Of a stretch of 64,000 nucleotides of DNA, positions 20,268-32,783 are shown piece by piece. The stretch comes from an uncultured Acidobacteriota bacterium. Its GTDB lineage: Bacteria; Acidobacteriota; Blastocatellia; RBC074. Numbering within the stretch: position 1 is the first letter of the stretch; each line of letters opens with the position of its first letter. The position numbers were made by a program, and so were the translations under genes. The stretch is taken from the NCBI GenBank assembly GCA_963796275.1, contig CAWCKY010000006.1:1280001-1344000 (forward strand), in the 5' to 3' direction. Under the pieces are notes generated by a model. The model searched no databases. It was not told where the DNA came from and saw only the letters and a list, made by a program, of their open reading frames with translations.

Positions 20268-21770
20268 ATGGAACTCGAAAATCTAAACCTCAATTATTGG
20301 GCCATCGCCCCTGAGATCATCACCTCGCTCGTGGGCGTGCTGATCATGCTCGTCGACGCCTTTTCGAAGAGAGGCGCGCGGACTACCAATGCGATGATAG
20401 CGCTGGTTGGGCTTTGCCTTGCGCTAATCTCCGTCGTCTTGCTGTGGAACGTGGGAAGCGGGAGCTTCTTCTATAAAATGGTCGTCATCGACCCTATTCG
20501 CATCTTCTTCTCGATCACCATCGTGATTGTGGCCATGATCGCGGTTCTGCTCTCGGATCAGTTCCTGCGCGATGAGGGGCTGCCTCCGGGCGAGTTCCTC
20601 TCGCTCATTATGTTCGCCACCACCGGGATGTTATTTCTCGCATCGGCCGGCGATCTCGTGATGGTCTTTCTGGGACTGGAAATCTCCTCCATTACGACCT
20701 ACGTCATGGCCGGTTACCGGCGTTACGATTTACGCGCAAACGAATCGTCGCTCAAATACTTCCTGCTCGGCTCTTTCTCGACCGCATTTTTACTTTACGG
20801 TATGGCGCTCGTCTATGGCGCGACGAAGACGACCAATATCGATGGCATTCGCCAGGCAATCGAAACGGGCGGAGTCATCTATCCTGTATTGCTGCTCATC
20901 GGCACCGCTATGATGATCGTGGGATTCGGCTTCAAAATAGCCAGCGTTCCCTTCCATCTCTGGACGCCCGATGTTTATGAGGGGGCGCCGACCATTGTCA
21001 CCGGTTTTATGAGCACTGGGCCAAAGGTGGCGGTCTTCGCGGCTTTCCTGAGGGTCTTCGTAGAGGGACTCGACGTTCCGGTGCAGGGGGTCGGCCTGCA
21101 GTTGCACCAGACGTGGATAATCGTTCTGTCAGTCATCTCTGTCCTGACGATGATCGTCGGAAACGTGATCGCTATTTCACAGAAGAATATTAAACGGATG
21201 CTCGCGTACTCATCGATCGCACACGCGGGGTATGTGCTGATCGGTTTGGTCTCGGGAGAGTTTGCGCCGGTGGCATTCTATATGCTTTCTTACTCCGTCA
21301 TGACAATAGGAGCGTTTGCCGTCATTCAGTTACTGGCGCGCGCCGGCGATCAGAAGACGGAGATCGCCGATTATGCCGGCATCGGATTCGAGGTGCCGCA
21401 ATTGAGTTTTCCCCTGGCCATCTTTCTTCTCTCGCTGGCCGGGATTCCGCCGACGGCCGGGTTCATGAGCAAATTTTATCTCTTCAAATCGGCCTGGGAT
21501 ACCGGTCTCATCATGCGGTTTCTCGTCGTCGCCGCAATACTCAACAGCATCATCTCGATCTACTACTACCTGTATCCGATAGTCGTGATGTTCTTCCGCC
21601 CGATTGTTCCAGGCTTCGTCAAACCGCGGGTGAGCAGCGCGACCGCGCTCGCCTTGATCCTGACGCTGCTCGGCACGTTCTATCTGGGTATTCTGCCTGA
21701 TCGCATCTTCAATGCGATGGGGCGTGAGATGAAGAGCGCGCAGAATCAGACGCAGATGATAAACCGATGA
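20268..21770 (+). CDS. nuoN: NADH-quinone oxidoreductase subunit N
   Basis: ESSLKYFLLG, FKIASVPFHLWTPDVYEGAPT, KRMLAYSSIAH and SLAGIPPTAGF. Confidence 0.96.
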   Translation: MELENLNLNYWAIAPEIITSLVGVLIMLVDAFSKRGARTTNAMIALVGLCLALISVVLLWNVGSGSFFYKMVVIDPIRIFFSITIVIVAMIAVLLSDQFLRDEGLPPGEFLSLIMFATTGMLFLASAGDLVMVFLGLEISSITTYVMAGYRRYDLRANESSLKYFLLGSFSTAFLLYGMALVYGATKTTNIDGIRQAIETGGVIYPVLLLIGTAMMIVGFGFKIASVPFHLWTPDVYEGAPTIVTGFMSTGPKVAVFAAFLRVFVEGLDVPVQGVGLQLHQTWIIVLSVISVLTMIVGNVIAISQKNIKRMLAYSSIAHAGYVLIGLVSGEFAPVAFYMLSYSVMTIGAFAVIQLLARAGDQKTEIADYAGIGFEVPQLSFPLAIFLLSLAGIPPTAGFMSKFYLFKSAWDTGLIMRFLVVAAILNSIISIYYYLYPIVVMFFRPIVPGFVKPRVSSATALALILTLLGTFYLGILPDRIFNAMGREMKSAQNQTQMINR

Positions 21771-21891
21771 GGATCTAGCGGGGAAAAATAGGCGGAAGCG
21801 CAACAAGACGAAAACCAACCTTTTTCTGCTTATGCTCTTATTACTCGGTAAACTAACCTAAGTTATTTGATGTTTAAATGCGATTCAAGAT

Positions 21892-21976
21892 CGAATCAGT
21901 ACCGCGAGCGGTAGCGAGCGTGTCCCAATCAACTGGCTCGGGTACAATGCTCGCTACCGCTTGCGGTACTGATTCG
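21892..21976. repeat. REP-like palindrome between the convergent nuoN and CRTAC1-like genes (possible bidirectional terminator)
   Basis: 30-bp arms CGAATCAGTACCGCGAGCGGTAGCGAGCGT / ATGCTCGCTACCGCTTGCGGTACTGATTCG. Confidence 0.85.
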
Positions 21977-22029
21977 TCGATCATCAAGAAACTTTGTTTA
22001 CAGACTACTTATTTGCCTTCTCGCATCGA

Positions 22030-23931
22030 TCAATTCTTCTGAATCCCGCGTTCTTTCCCCTGGTCAATCGTCAGCAGTCGATCAATTTCCTTGACCTCAT
22101 ATTCAACGGTTTTGCCTCCGGCCCAACGTATCTCCAGTTTATCGATGTGTGTCGCAGTCCCCAGTCCGAAATGAACGCGCAGGTCTGATTGCGAATTGTA
22201 GCTGCGCCCGCTCGCCACTTCACCGCGTATCCGACGCCCCTGCACCGTGCAGAATACTACGCTCCCGATGGCATCGCGCGGGCAGCCACGGGATGTATCG
22301 CCGATCAGCTTCAGCTCGAGCCAGTGGCCGGCTTTATGCCCGCCGTCGTTTCGCAGCAATGCGGGAGCGTCATCGATATTGTTGAGCAGAATATCGAGGT
22401 CGCCATCGTTGTCGAAGTCGCCGATGGCCGAACCGCGTGCTCCGCGCAATATATTGAGCGCCTCTCCCGCGCTCGATCCCACGTCGTAAAATTTGCCCTT
22501 GACGTTGCGAAAGAGCAGGAGCCTTTGTTTGTAACTCGTACCCCACTCCGTCGCGTCCACCGCCGGATAGACGTGCCCGTTAACGACGAGCAGGTCGAGC
22601 CAACCGTCTTGGTCATAGTCAAAAAAATTCGTGCCCCAGCCCAGGAAGGGGATCGATATTTCTCCCAGCCCGGTCTGAAAAGTCGTCTCGGTGAAATTGC
22701 CCCCTCCATCATTGTGGTAGAGCACGTTCGTGTCGTCGGAGAAGTTTGTGCGGTGCAGGTCGGCGCGCCCATCCCCGTCGTAATCGCCCACTGTGACGCC
22801 CATTCCCGCTTGCTCGCGTCCGTTCTCGTTGAGCGCGACGCCCGAGGCATAACTCACGTTCTCGAATGTGCCGTCGCCGTTGTTGCGGTAGAGGTAGCTC
22901 GGCGTCGAATCATTCGCCACCGTCAGGTCCAATCTGCCGTCATCGTCGAAATCGAACCAGGCGACGCCGAAACCATAATAACCGGATTTATCTTCTACGC
23001 CGGCCTTCTCGCTCACATCGGTGAAGGTGCCATCGCCGTTGTTGCGAAAGAGATGATCTCCCCCGCCCTTCAGACCGCGCGGTCCGCACATCACCCGCTG
23101 GCCGCGGTACTGGCAGTAGCCGGCGCCCGAAACGAATGACGCACCCATTCCGTCGCTTTTTGCAGGCTGTTGTTTATTACCAGCAGCCTCCCGATCCTCC
23201 GCGCTTTCAATCGCCGGCTCCCGCAATTTCCCGCTCGCCGGCGGAGGCAGGTTATCCAAATCCACCTCGACATAACCCGAAACGAACAGATCGAGACGTC
23301 CATCCCCATCGTAATCGCCGAACGCGCAGCCCGCTGACCAATTACCGAGAGTTACACCGGCTTTTTCGGCCGTATCGGTGAATGTTCCGTCACGGTTGTT
23401 GCGGTAGAGGCGATTTTTGCCGAAGTTCGTGACATAGAGATCCTGCCAGCCGTCGTTATCGAAGTCTCCGCTGCATACTCCCTGACCCCATCGCTCATTC
23501 GCTACACCGGCTTTCGCAGTCGCGTCTGAGAACGTCCCGTTGCGGTTGTTGCGGTAAAGAGCTGCGCTCGGGGCTTTACCGCGACCGCGCAGGACATCGA
23601 GCGTTGAGCCGTTAGGCAGATAGATATCGAGCCAACCGTCGTTGTCGTAGTCCACAAAAGCGCTTCCTGCGCCGGGCGCCTCGATGATGTAATCTTTGGC
23701 CGCGGTTCCGGAGGTGAAGCGGAAACCGCCGAGCCCCGCGCTCTTTGTTACGTCGCTGAAACCGACGCCCGGGGCGGCCCACGACGAAGGCGGCGGCACG
23801 CGCGCTGTCGCAGGAAGCTTCGACTGCGCTATCGGTGATATAGAGAGGGAGGCGATCGCTAATAACCACGGTAGCCTGCGCCTCCACGATAAACAGGATG
23901 ACAATGATAAGAAGATCGAATGGTGTCGCAT
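22030..23931 (-). CDS. CRTAC1 family protein (FG-GAP/VCBS repeats plus ASPIC/UnbV domain), secreted
   Basis: Repeated DYDNDGWLD and GDFDNDG calcium-binding motifs, NxGDGTFTD repeats, C-terminal RDAIG...SQSDLRVHFGLG, and a signal peptide. Confidence 0.9.
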   Translation of the reverse strand: MRHHSIFLSLSSCLSWRRRLPWLLAIASLSISPIAQSKLPATARVPPPSSWAAPGVGFSDVTKSAGLGGFRFTSGTAAKDYIIEAPGAGSAFVDYDNDGWLDIYLPNGSTLDVLRGRGKAPSAALYRNNRNGTFSDATAKAGVANERWGQGVCSGDFDNDGWQDLYVTNFGKNRLYRNNRDGTFTDTAEKAGVTLGNWSAGCAFGDYDGDGRLDLFVSGYVEVDLDNLPPPASGKLREPAIESAEDREAAGNKQQPAKSDGMGASFVSGAGYCQYRGQRVMCGPRGLKGGGDHLFRNNGDGTFTDVSEKAGVEDKSGYYGFGVAWFDFDDDGRLDLTVANDSTPSYLYRNNGDGTFENVSYASGVALNENGREQAGMGVTVGDYDGDGRADLHRTNFSDDTNVLYHNDGGGNFTETTFQTGLGEISIPFLGWGTNFFDYDQDGWLDLLVVNGHVYPAVDATEWGTSYKQRLLLFRNVKGKFYDVGSSAGEALNILRGARGSAIGDFDNDGDLDILLNNIDDAPALLRNDGGHKAGHWLELKLIGDTSRGCPRDAIGSVVFCTVQGRRIRGEVASGRSYNSQSDLRVHFGLGTATHIDKLEIRWAGGKTVEYEVKEIDRLLTIDQGKERGIQKN

Positions 23932-23943
23932 TTTACCGCCCGG

Positions 23944-25032
<1,089 letters not shown>

Positions 25033-25068
25033 TTATTCCTCTCTTGATATGTTGAAATTTTCTTTATC

Positions 25069-25434
25069 TCACTCGTACCAGATCTCGATCTCGTAACCAT
25101 CGGGGTCTTTGACGTATGCGAACGGAAACCCCGGAGCGAACGCCCCGCGCCTGATAACGGTCCCGCCCGCGCGCTCAACCTCCTCCACGGCAGCATCGAT
25201 ATCACCAGGCTCTATCAAACGAAATCCGAAATGCGTGATGCCCCCATTCGCGCCCGCGTTTGAGTCGTCTCGCTCGAATGCGATGACGTCGTAGCCTCCC
25301 GGTCCTTGAACCTGGATGCTGCCCTCGTCTCGATAATACTCCTTAACCCCGAATACCTGTTGGTAGAAACGCAATGATCGCTCAGGATCGCGAACTGCAA
25401 GATTGATGTGCGTCAGCCCATGTGTTTTTACCAT
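25069..25434 (-). CDS. VOC/glyoxalase family protein
   Basis: [24 protein letters not shown] and [11 protein letters not shown]; RBS AGGAGG. Confidence 0.9.
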   Translation of the reverse strand: MVKTHGLTHINLAVRDPERSLRFYQQVFGVKEYYRDEGSIQVQGPGGYDVIAFERDDSNAGANGGITHFGFRLIEPGDIDAAVEEVERAGGTVIRRGAFAPGFPFAYVKDPDGYEIEIWYE

Positions 25435-25448
25435 TTTTACCCGCCTCC

Positions 25449-25496
25449 TTGCGAATATCGGAGCGCCAGCGTACTCTGTTTGTTACTACGTCGCAA
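25449..25496. promoter_or_regulatory. Bidirectional sigma70 promoter for the VOC gene and lhr
   Basis: Plus strand TTGCGA(25449)-N17-TACTCT(25472-25477). Minus strand TTGCGA(25496-25491)-N17-TACGCT(25473-25468). The two -10 hexamers share the TA at 25472-25473. Confidence 0.6.
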
Positions 25497-25507
25497 GAGT
25501 AAAACAT

Positions 25508-28500
25508 ATGAGCTTAGATCATTTTCATCCGGCAGTCGCAAATTGGTTTAAAAAACAATTCGATCAACCCACGGAGCCACAGGCGAGGGCATGGCCGGCC
25601 ATCAAGGGGCGCAGGCACACGCTGATAGCGGCGCCGACCGGATCTGGTAAGACTCTCTCGGCTTTTCTCGCTGCGATAGATGATCTTGTGCGTCAGGGGA
25701 TTGAGGGAACGCTTCAAGATACCACTCAGGTGGTCTATGTTTCTCCGCTGAAGGCATTGAGTAATGACATCCAGCGCAATTTGCAGCAGCCTCTGGAGGG
25801 AATACAGGCGGAACTCCGGGAGATGGGGTATCCGGAATTTGAGATTCGCACGCTGGTGCGGACGGGCGATACGCCTGCGGCCGAGCGCGCGAAGATGACG
25901 CGCCGCCCGCCGCACATTGTGGTAACGACCCCGGAATCGCTCTATCTATTGCTCACCAGTGAAGGTGGCCGGGGGATGATCCGTACAGCCAGGACCCTGA
26001 TCGTGGATGAAATTCACGCCCTGGTCCGCGATAAGCGCGGCTCTCACCTCTCTCTTTCTATCGAAAGGCTGGAGGCGCTCGTCGATGAGCCGCTCGTGCG
26101 CATCGGCCTCTCGGCTACTCAGCGTCCGATCGAGAAAGTTGCGGCTTTTCTTGTCGGGGCAAACCAGGGCGCACAAAAGGTCGACATCGTCGACGTCGGC
26201 CACCGGAGAAAGATAGATCTGGCTATCGAATTGCCGCGCTCGCCGCTGGAGGCAGTAATGTCGACCGAAGTTTGGGGTGAGGTTTACGACAGAATCGCCG
26301 AATTGATAAATGAACATCGCACCACCCTCGTCTTCGTCAATACCAGGCGCATGGCGGAGAGGGTGGCTCGCTATCTGGCGGAGCGAGTAGGTGAGGAGAA
26401 CGTTACATCGCATCACGGAAGTCTTTCACGCGATCGCCGATTGTTGGCTGAGCAACGCTTAAAAGACGGCGATTTGCGGGCCCTGGTGGCCACCGCATCA
26501 TTGGAGCTGGGCATCGACATCGGCGCCGTAAATCTCGTCTGCCAGCTTGGTTCCACCCGGTCGATCGCGACTATGCTCCAGCGCGTCGGCAGGTCGGGCC
26601 ATTCGGTGGGCGGTTTTCCGAAGGGCAGGCTTTTCCCTACGAGTCGCGACGAACTGGTCGAATGTGCCGCTTTGATCGATGCGGCCAGACGCGGCGAGCT
26701 CGACCAACTGGTCATTCCCGAAAAACCTCTCGATATTCTCGCCCAGCAGATAGTCGCAGCAGTCGCCTGTGAGGAATGGACAGAAGATGGCTTATTTGAA
26801 CTCGTGAAGAAGTCCCACACTTATCGAAACCTAACCAGGGAAGAGTTCGATGATGTAGTCAGAATGCTCGCTGAGGGATACACCACACGCCGCGGGCGAC
26901 GGAACGCCTATCTTCATCACGATGCGGTCAATCGCAGGTTGCGGGCGCGCAAGGGAGCGCGATTGACGGCGTTGACGTCGGGTGGCGCGATTCCGGACAC
27001 CGCGGACTATGACGTCGTCCTGGATCCAGAAGATATTTTTATTGGATCGGTCAACGAGGATTTCGCCGTGGAGAGCCTGGTTGGCGATATTTTTCAACTC
27101 GGAAATACTTCGTGGAAGATCACGCGCGTAGAGCGAAGCCGCGTCCGTGTAGTGGATGCGGAGGGCCAGCCGCCGACGATCCCCTTCTGGCTGGGCGAAG
27201 CGCCCGGACGTACAGACGAGCTATCGGCAGCCGTATCGCGATTTCGCACCGAGGTTACCGAAAACGGCGACGCCAGCAGATGGTTGATGGAGGAGGTGGG
27301 ATTGGGGGAGCCGGCCGCCCGCCAATTATACGAATATCTCGCCATCGCGAAGCTCGCGCTTGGAGTCATGCCGAGCCAGGAGACGCTTGTCATCGAACGC
27401 TTCTTTGATGAGAGCGGCGGAACACAGTTGGTGATACATTCGCCGTTCGGGAGCAGAATCAACCGAGCCTGGGGGCTGGCTCTGCGTAAGCGTTTCTGCC
27501 GAAAGTTCAATTTTGAGTTACAGGCGGCGGCGACCGAAGATGCGATAATTATATCGCTCAGCCACTCACACAGTTTTCCGCTCGACGAAATTTTCCATTA
27601 CTTGAAATCGTCTTCGGTGCGCGATTTGTTGGTGCAGGCTCTTCTCGATGCTCCGATGTTTACGACGCGCTGGCGATGGAATGCCAACCGGTCGCTCGCC
27701 CTGGTTCGCCGGCGCGGCGGCCGCAAGATTCCCGCGCAGTTGCAGAGAATGGAGGCCGAAGACCTGCTAGCTGCAATCTTCCCCGATCAAGTCGCCTGTG
27801 GAGAAAACCTGACCGGCGACCGGGAGATACCGGCCCATCCGCTGGTGGCTCAGACCATCAAAGATTGCCTTGAAGAGGCGATGGATATCAATGGGCTTGA
27901 AGCCTTGCTTGTAGCTATTGAAAAGGGTGAGAAGACGCTGGTTGCGCGCGAGCTTCGAGAGCCCTCGCCGTTATCTCAGGAGATTCTGAGCGCGCGCCCC
28001 TATGCATATCTCGATGATGCGCCGCTTGAAGAGCGCCGTACCCTGGCGGTTATGAGTCGCCGATGGATGGACCCTGAAACGGCCTCGGACCTCGGGACGC
28101 TGGATCAGGCAGCCATCGATCAGGTCAGGGAAGAGGCATGGCCACAAGCTGAAAGCCCAGATGAGCTCCACGATATACTGTCGCAATTGGGGTTCATCAC
28201 GGTAGACGAGGGACGAACCGCACAACCGCATCGCTTGGTGAACCCGGAGTCACAAACGGCGCTATCCGCTCCGAATGTCGATCACGAATCGGGCTGGGAA
28301 TCGTATTTTGCCAATCTCGTAAGTGAAAAGAGGGCCGCGGTGATGCGAGCCGGTGAAAAAACGTTCTGGGTGGCCGCCGAGAGGTTGCCGCACCTTTCGG
28401 CGGTCTATGCGAATGCGGAGTTGGAGCCCGAGATCACCGCTCCGGCGAAGGAGATTTCGACTATCTCACCGGAAGAGGGATTGGTCGAGATTTTACGCGG

Positions 28501-29962
28501 CCGGCTCGAGGCTTCGGGGCCTGTGACTTCGGAGTCGCTGGCGGAAATAGCCGGACTTCCCGTCTTCGCAATCGAGAACGCGCTTATGAGCCTCGAATCC
28601 GAGGGCTTTGTCATGCGCGGCCGTTTCACTCCGGGAACGGGGCAGACGGGGCAAACGGGGCAAGCTGGAAAGATAGAATGGTGTGTTCGCCGGCTGTTGG
28701 CGAGGATTCATCGTTATACCATCAATAAGTTGCGGAAGGAGATCGAGCCGGTTTCGGCTGCCGATTACATGCGGTTCCTCCTTGATTGGCAGCGAGTTAC
28801 GCCGGGGCATCGCGGCGAGGGGCCGGAAAGTTTATCGGCGGTGGTCGATCAGCTGGAGGGATTTGAAGCCGCCGCGGGAGCCTGGGAAGGGGAGTTATTA
28901 CCAGCGAGAATGGAAGATTACGAGCCGGAATGGCTTGATTCGCTCTGTTTGTCGGGTCGAATCGTATGGGCCAGATTGAGTCCACAAAAAGGCATGACAA
29001 AGGGCGTGGGCTCAGGGCCTGTTCGTTCTACACCGATCGCATTGATCAATCGGAAAAACCTGGCGGCGTGGGATATGGCATTCCCTCAGCCACGGGTGAA
29101 TAACGGAGATTCTCTGAATCTATCTTCTCAGGCTGGCCAGGTTTATGATCACCTGATCCACCATGGTGCATCATTTTTCAGTGATTTTGTGGAGAACACG
29201 GGTTTATTGAATTCTCAGGTCGAAGAGTCTCTGGCGGAGCTTGTCGCCTGCGGCATCCTCACTGCTGATAGTTTCACCGGTCTGCGGGCGCTCCTCACGC
29301 CATCGAGCAAGCGCACAGCGAGTCATAACAGAAAACGTAGCGCATCACTTTTTGGAATGGAGAATGCCGGACGGTGGTCGCGTGTGAGAAGGAAGGGAAA
29401 TGATAAAACCAGTTCATCCGGGCGAAACGGCGCGGGGTCGCTTTCGATCACGGGAAGCGACGCCGTAAATGCCGATCTGGTGGAGAGAATTGCCCGGATA
29501 CTGCTGAAGCGATACGGCGTTATCTTTCGCAAACTGATGGATCGAGAAGGAATGACGCTGCCGTGGCGGGATCTGTTGAGAGTACTTAGAAAATTGGAGG
29601 CCAGAGGAGAAATTCGCGGAGGGCGATTTGTAGCCGGGTTCGCTGGCGAACAATTTGCGCTGAGTGAAGCTATCGGCATGCTGCGGACGGTGCGGCGGAC
29701 AGAACCCGCTGGTACGCTTGTCTCGGTGAGCGCTGCCGATCCGTTGAACTTGATAGGAATCGTGCTACCCGGCAGCCGCATCCCGGTGATCCCCGCCAAT
29801 CGCATCTTGTATAGAGACGGGGTTCCGATTGCTATCCTCGAGGCCGGCGAGGTGCGCTTCCTGGTAGAGTTGGAGAAAGCGGCCGAATGGAAAGCGAGGA
29901 CAGCATTGATTCGCAGGCCTGTGCCGCCTCAATTGAGAGCTTACCTCGGCCGATCGGCGTAA
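25508..29962 (+). CDS. lhr: Long-form Lhr family SF2 helicase with C-terminal HTH_42/AlkZ-like (glycosylase-like) region
   Basis: [38 protein letters not shown]; C-terminal [18 protein letters not shown] and SAADPLNL; start ATG 25508. Confidence 0.92.
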   Translation: MSLDHFHPAVANWFKKQFDQPTEPQARAWPAIKGRRHTLIAAPTGSGKTLSAFLAAIDDLVRQGIEGTLQDTTQVVYVSPLKALSNDIQRNLQQPLEGIQAELREMGYPEFEIRTLVRTGDTPAAERAKMTRRPPHIVVTTPESLYLLLTSEGGRGMIRTARTLIVDEIHALVRDKRGSHLSLSIERLEALVDEPLVRIGLSATQRPIEKVAAFLVGANQGAQKVDIVDVGHRRKIDLAIELPRSPLEAVMSTEVWGEVYDRIAELINEHRTTLVFVNTRRMAERVARYLAERVGEENVTSHHGSLSRDRRLLAEQRLKDGDLRALVATASLELGIDIGAVNLVCQLGSTRSIATMLQRVGRSGHSVGGFPKGRLFPTSRDELVECAALIDAARRGELDQLVIPEKPLDILAQQIVAAVACEEWTEDGLFELVKKSHTYRNLTREEFDDVVRMLAEGYTTRRGRRNAYLHHDAVNRRLRARKGARLTALTSGGAIPDTADYDVVLDPEDIFIGSVNEDFAVESLVGDIFQLGNTSWKITRVERSRVRVVDAEGQPPTIPFWLGEAPGRTDELSAAVSRFRTEVTENGDASRWLMEEVGLGEPAARQLYEYLAIAKLALGVMPSQETLVIERFFDESGGTQLVIHSPFGSRINRAWGLALRKRFCRKFNFELQAAATEDAIIISLSHSHSFPLDEIFHYLKSSSVRDLLVQALLDAPMFTTRWRWNANRSLALVRRRGGRKIPAQLQRMEAEDLLAAIFPDQVACGENLTGDREIPAHPLVAQTIKDCLEEAMDINGLEALLVAIEKGEKTLVARELREPSPLSQEILSARPYAYLDDAPLEERRTLAVMSRRWMDPETASDLGTLDQAAIDQVREEAWPQAESPDELHDILSQLGFITVDEGRTAQPHRLVNPESQTALSAPNVDHESGWESYFANLVSEKRAAVMRAGEKTFWVAAERLPHLSAVYANAELEPEITAPAKEISTISPEEGLVEILRGRLEASGPVTSESLAEIAGLPVFAIENALMSLESEGFVMRGRFTPGTGQTGQTGQAGKIEWCVRRLLARIHRYTINKLRKEIEPVSAADYMRFLLDWQRVTPGHRGEGPESLSAVVDQLEGFEAAAGAWEGELLPARMEDYEPEWLDSLCLSGRIVWARLSPQKGMTKGVGSGPVRSTPIALINRKNLAAWDMAFPQPRVNNGDSLNLSSQAGQVYDHLIHHGASFFSDFVENTGLLNSQVEESLAELVACGILTADSFTGLRALLTPSSKRTASHNRKRSASLFGMENAGRWSRVRRKGNDKTSSSGRNGAGSLSITGSDAVNADLVERIARILLKRYGVIFRKLMDREGMTLPWRDLLRVLRKLEARGEIRGGRFVAGFAGEQFALSEAIGMLRTVRRTEPAGTLVSVSAADPLNLIGIVLPGSRIPVIPANRILYRDGVPIAILEAGEVRFLVELEKAAEWKARTALIRRPVPPQLRAYLGRSA

Positions 29963-30009
29963 GTTAGTCCCGGAGTCCGAAATCAGTATTCCAGACCCCG
30001 GTCTCCGGC

Positions 30010-30534
30010 CTATTTTTTCACGATGAGTTGATTATTGACGCTTTTAACGCCGTTTGTGCTGCGAGCGATATCGGCAGCCTGTGCGATCTGTTTTGCGTCG
30101 CCGACCTGCCCCTTAATCGTGACCTCTCCGTTTACTACGTCCACATCTGTGCCGGTGATCTTCTCAAGCACCAGCTTCGCCTTGATCTTACTCAGAATCG
30201 CCGCATCGCTGACGGCTTCTTCCGCCTTATCTTTGATATTTGATGCGCCGATAGTGTTAGGGTCGATCGTGATGTTGTTGACCACCTGTGTGACGCCTTC
30301 CGTTTCCTGGGCAATCCGATCGGCCTTTGATTTTTCCCGCTCCGTCGGCACTACTCCGCTGAGCGTCACGACACCCTTGACCGTTGTAACGCCGATCTTG
30401 ATGGCGCTCGTCTCGGCGTCCCCTGCAAGCTTCGTCTTAACCTTGGTGCTAATCGTGGCATCATCAACCTGCTGAGTGCACCCGGAACAGATCAGGGTCA
30501 ATATCGCAATTATCATCATCGCTCTGTTTCGCAT
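30010..30534 (-). CDS. Dual BON-domain (OsmY-like) lipoprotein
   Basis: Lipobox-like CSGC; two BON repeats (DDATISTKVK...GVVTLSG...GVTQVVN and SDAAILSKIK...GEVTIKG...GVKSVNN); RBS AAGGAGG. Confidence 0.9.
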   Translation of the reverse strand: MRNRAMMIIAILTLICSGCTQQVDDATISTKVKTKLAGDAETSAIKIGVTTVKGVVTLSGVVPTEREKSKADRIAQETEGVTQVVNNITIDPNTIGASNIKDKAEEAVSDAAILSKIKAKLVLEKITGTDVDVVNGEVTIKGQVGDAKQIAQAADIARSTNGVKSVNNQLIVKK

Positions 30535-30655
30535 AATCTCCTCCTTCTGAAATTGTGTCAGGTGATTTCAATAGTACGATTGACGTACAATTCTGACACT
30601 TTTTAGTGCATTCCAATACTATAGTGGACACTAGGTTCCAGCGAAAACTATAAAT

Positions 30656-30672
30656 TGCAATCGCAGTACCAA
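30656..30672 (-). promoter_or_regulatory. Candidate sigma54 (-24/-12) promoter of the BON gene
   Basis: Minus strand TTGGTACTGCGATTGCA fits TGGCAC-N5-TTGC with the correct GG-to-GC spacing; AT-rich DNA lies upstream. Confidence 0.55.
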
Positions 30673-30872
30673 TGAGATATGTGGATTCGGTGAGATGAAA
30701 GCAGGGAGATATATAAAAATTAATAGAAGATTTATTTAGAAGTGTCAGGATCTGAAATTTATTAACGCTCGTAGATTTAAACGACTGACAAATTCACAAA
30801 TCGCTAATTCTGAATTTTACAAAAAAGCATTCTATATAAGGACGCATTATATAGATGCGATCAAAATAATGA

Positions 30873-30924
30873 TGAGAGACTGAGTGCACACCCTCACATT
30901 AGTTATCTCACCCCATTACCTCGC
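30873..30924 (+). promoter_or_regulatory. Conserved upstream motif of DUF4394 paralog 1
   Basis: Aligns without gaps to 32571-32622 (TGAGAGACTGA...CyCTCA...TCACCCCAT); 220 nt before the ATG. Confidence 0.55.
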
Positions 30925-31092
30925 AGAAAAAGAAACTCGTTTTCCCTATGTGCCGATCGTGTAGTCACACTAAGCGGCCGAAAAATTTATCACGATAGCA
31001 CGATAAAATGATTATTTATTCCTTTCATTCGGAAGGGATGGGGCGTCGTTTTATCTCGGATGGAACCATAAATCTTTGGGGAGATATAACAG

Positions 31093-32085
31093 ATGAAAAA
31101 GTCAAAAGAGACAATTATCGGCTTGACGATGTTTGCGCTGGCTCTCGTGGCTATCTCGGGCATTTTTTTGACGAGCAGAAATTCGGTTAACGCGGCCGCC
31201 ACATCCCGTAGCGGGTACTTTGCGCAAACCGGACTCAATTTACCGCCAACCCGTATCTATTTTCTGACCACCGACAATATGCTCTATGTCCTCGTTCCCG
31301 GGACCAAGATTTACGTCTCGCTCGGAAGTGTCACCAATATCAATGGTAATCTGATAGGAATTGATTATCGCCCGGCGAACGGAAAACTTTATGGGCTCAC
31401 CGATACGCAAAAACTCTACACGATCAACGTGGGAAGCACGCCGCCGCGCGCATCTTTGGTGAGCACCCTGTCGACGCCGTTTGACGCAGGCTTCCAATCG
31501 CTGCTCGATTTCAACCCGGTGGTCGATGCGATTCGTATCATTGGGAGCAATGACCAGAACTTCGCAGTCGTCAAAGACGCCAACGGGATTCTCAACACGA
31601 CCGCGGTTCAGACAGCCCTGACCTATGCGATGGGTGACGTCAATGCGGGCAGGAATCCGGAAGTGGTCGGCGGGACCTATTCCAATAACCTCGCCGGTGC
31701 GGCTAACACTATCTTCTATGCGATCGATGCCGCGCGGGATACCTTCGTGACGATTGCTGACAAGAATGCCACTGGCAGTTCGAATACCGGTGGTGGTCGA
31801 TTGCAAACGATCGGCAACCTCGTCGATGGCAACGGCAATCGGCTGAATTTCAATCATTTGTCCGACATCGACATCTATACCAGCAACGCCGGAGTCAATA
31901 CTCTGGTCGGAATCAACAACAAGACGCTCTTCACCATCGACCTCAACCAGATCAATCCCAACCTGCAACTGGGGAGAACTCAGAACGTAGTGGTCAGAAG
32001 CGCCAACCTGACTGCTGTTCCGAGCCTTGATTCAGCTTCCGATATAGCTATCGTTCCTGCGGTTAGTCAGTCTGCTAGTCGGTAA
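31093..32085 (+). CDS. Secreted DUF4394-domain protein, paralog 1
   Basis: Signal peptide; IGIDYRPANGKLYGL and DFNPVVDAIRIIG motifs. Confidence 0.8.
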   Translation: MKKSKETIIGLTMFALALVAISGIFLTSRNSVNAAATSRSGYFAQTGLNLPPTRIYFLTTDNMLYVLVPGTKIYVSLGSVTNINGNLIGIDYRPANGKLYGLTDTQKLYTINVGSTPPRASLVSTLSTPFDAGFQSLLDFNPVVDAIRIIGSNDQNFAVVKDANGILNTTAVQTALTYAMGDVNAGRNPEVVGGTYSNNLAGAANTIFYAIDAARDTFVTIADKNATGSSNTGGGRLQTIGNLVDGNGNRLNFNHLSDIDIYTSNAGVNTLVGINNKTLFTIDLNQINPNLQLGRTQNVVVRSANLTAVPSLDSASDIAIVPAVSQSASR

Positions 32086-32260
32086 TAGCTAGTCGGAAAT
32101 AGATAGATAGGTACTTGAATATACTGCTCCCGTGCGTTGATGAAGCAATGCAGCTATCCCCTGCTAGCATTGGTAGCGATAGGTAAGCGGAGGCGAGAGA
32201 CGTCTCCGCTTATCGCCACTTGCGACTTCGTCTCTCGTCGGCATAGAGAGTCGAGGACAT

Positions 32261-32344
32261 GTTTCAGCACAAAGGGTCAAAGGGTCAAAGAATAGAACCA
32301 GAGCATCTTTGGCCCTTTGATCCCTCGACCCTTTGTGTTGAAAC
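32261..32344. repeat. Octamer (AAAGGGTC) inverted-repeat hairpin downstream of DUF4394 paralog 1
   Basis: GTTTCAGCACAAAGGGTCAAAGGGTCAAAG ... CTTTGGCCCTTTGATCCCTCGACCCTTTGTGTTGAAAC; homologous to 33869-33949. Confidence 0.75.
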
Positions 32345-32570
32345 CCTTATCTGCTCGGCGCTGCACCGGTTATTTCTATTCCGATTTCACCTTCAAAAAA
32401 ACACAAACGCGACTACCAAAAATTTTAGAGCCCATAGTAATAAGACAGAAATTTCGGCAACTTCTGTTCATGAGATTCAAAGTTGTTCTTTAATTCCTGT
32501 CCCCGTGCCCCTCAGGAATCTACGTCGATTAAGCTGTAAATTTGAGAATTTATCCAAGATAGATCAATAG

Positions 32571-32622
32571 TGAGAGACTGACTGTTGGCTCTCATACCTG
32601 TTTGATCACCCCATACCCTCAC
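32571..32622 (+). promoter_or_regulatory. Conserved upstream motif of DUF4394 paralog 2
   Basis: Contains the perfect palindrome TGAGAG-N12-CTCTCA followed by TCACCCCAT; 213 nt before the ATG. Confidence 0.55.
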
Positions 32623-32783
32623 TGGACTACAAAGTTCTACATTTGGCCGAAATTTGTAGCCACTCAAATCAGGCAGCAGACGCTTATCCCCGTTAATAGC
32701 GATTTTTTTAACCTGTTCATTCGGTATGAATGGAGATCCTTTTGTCTAAGTTGAAACAAAAAACATAAGGGGAGATATACAAC

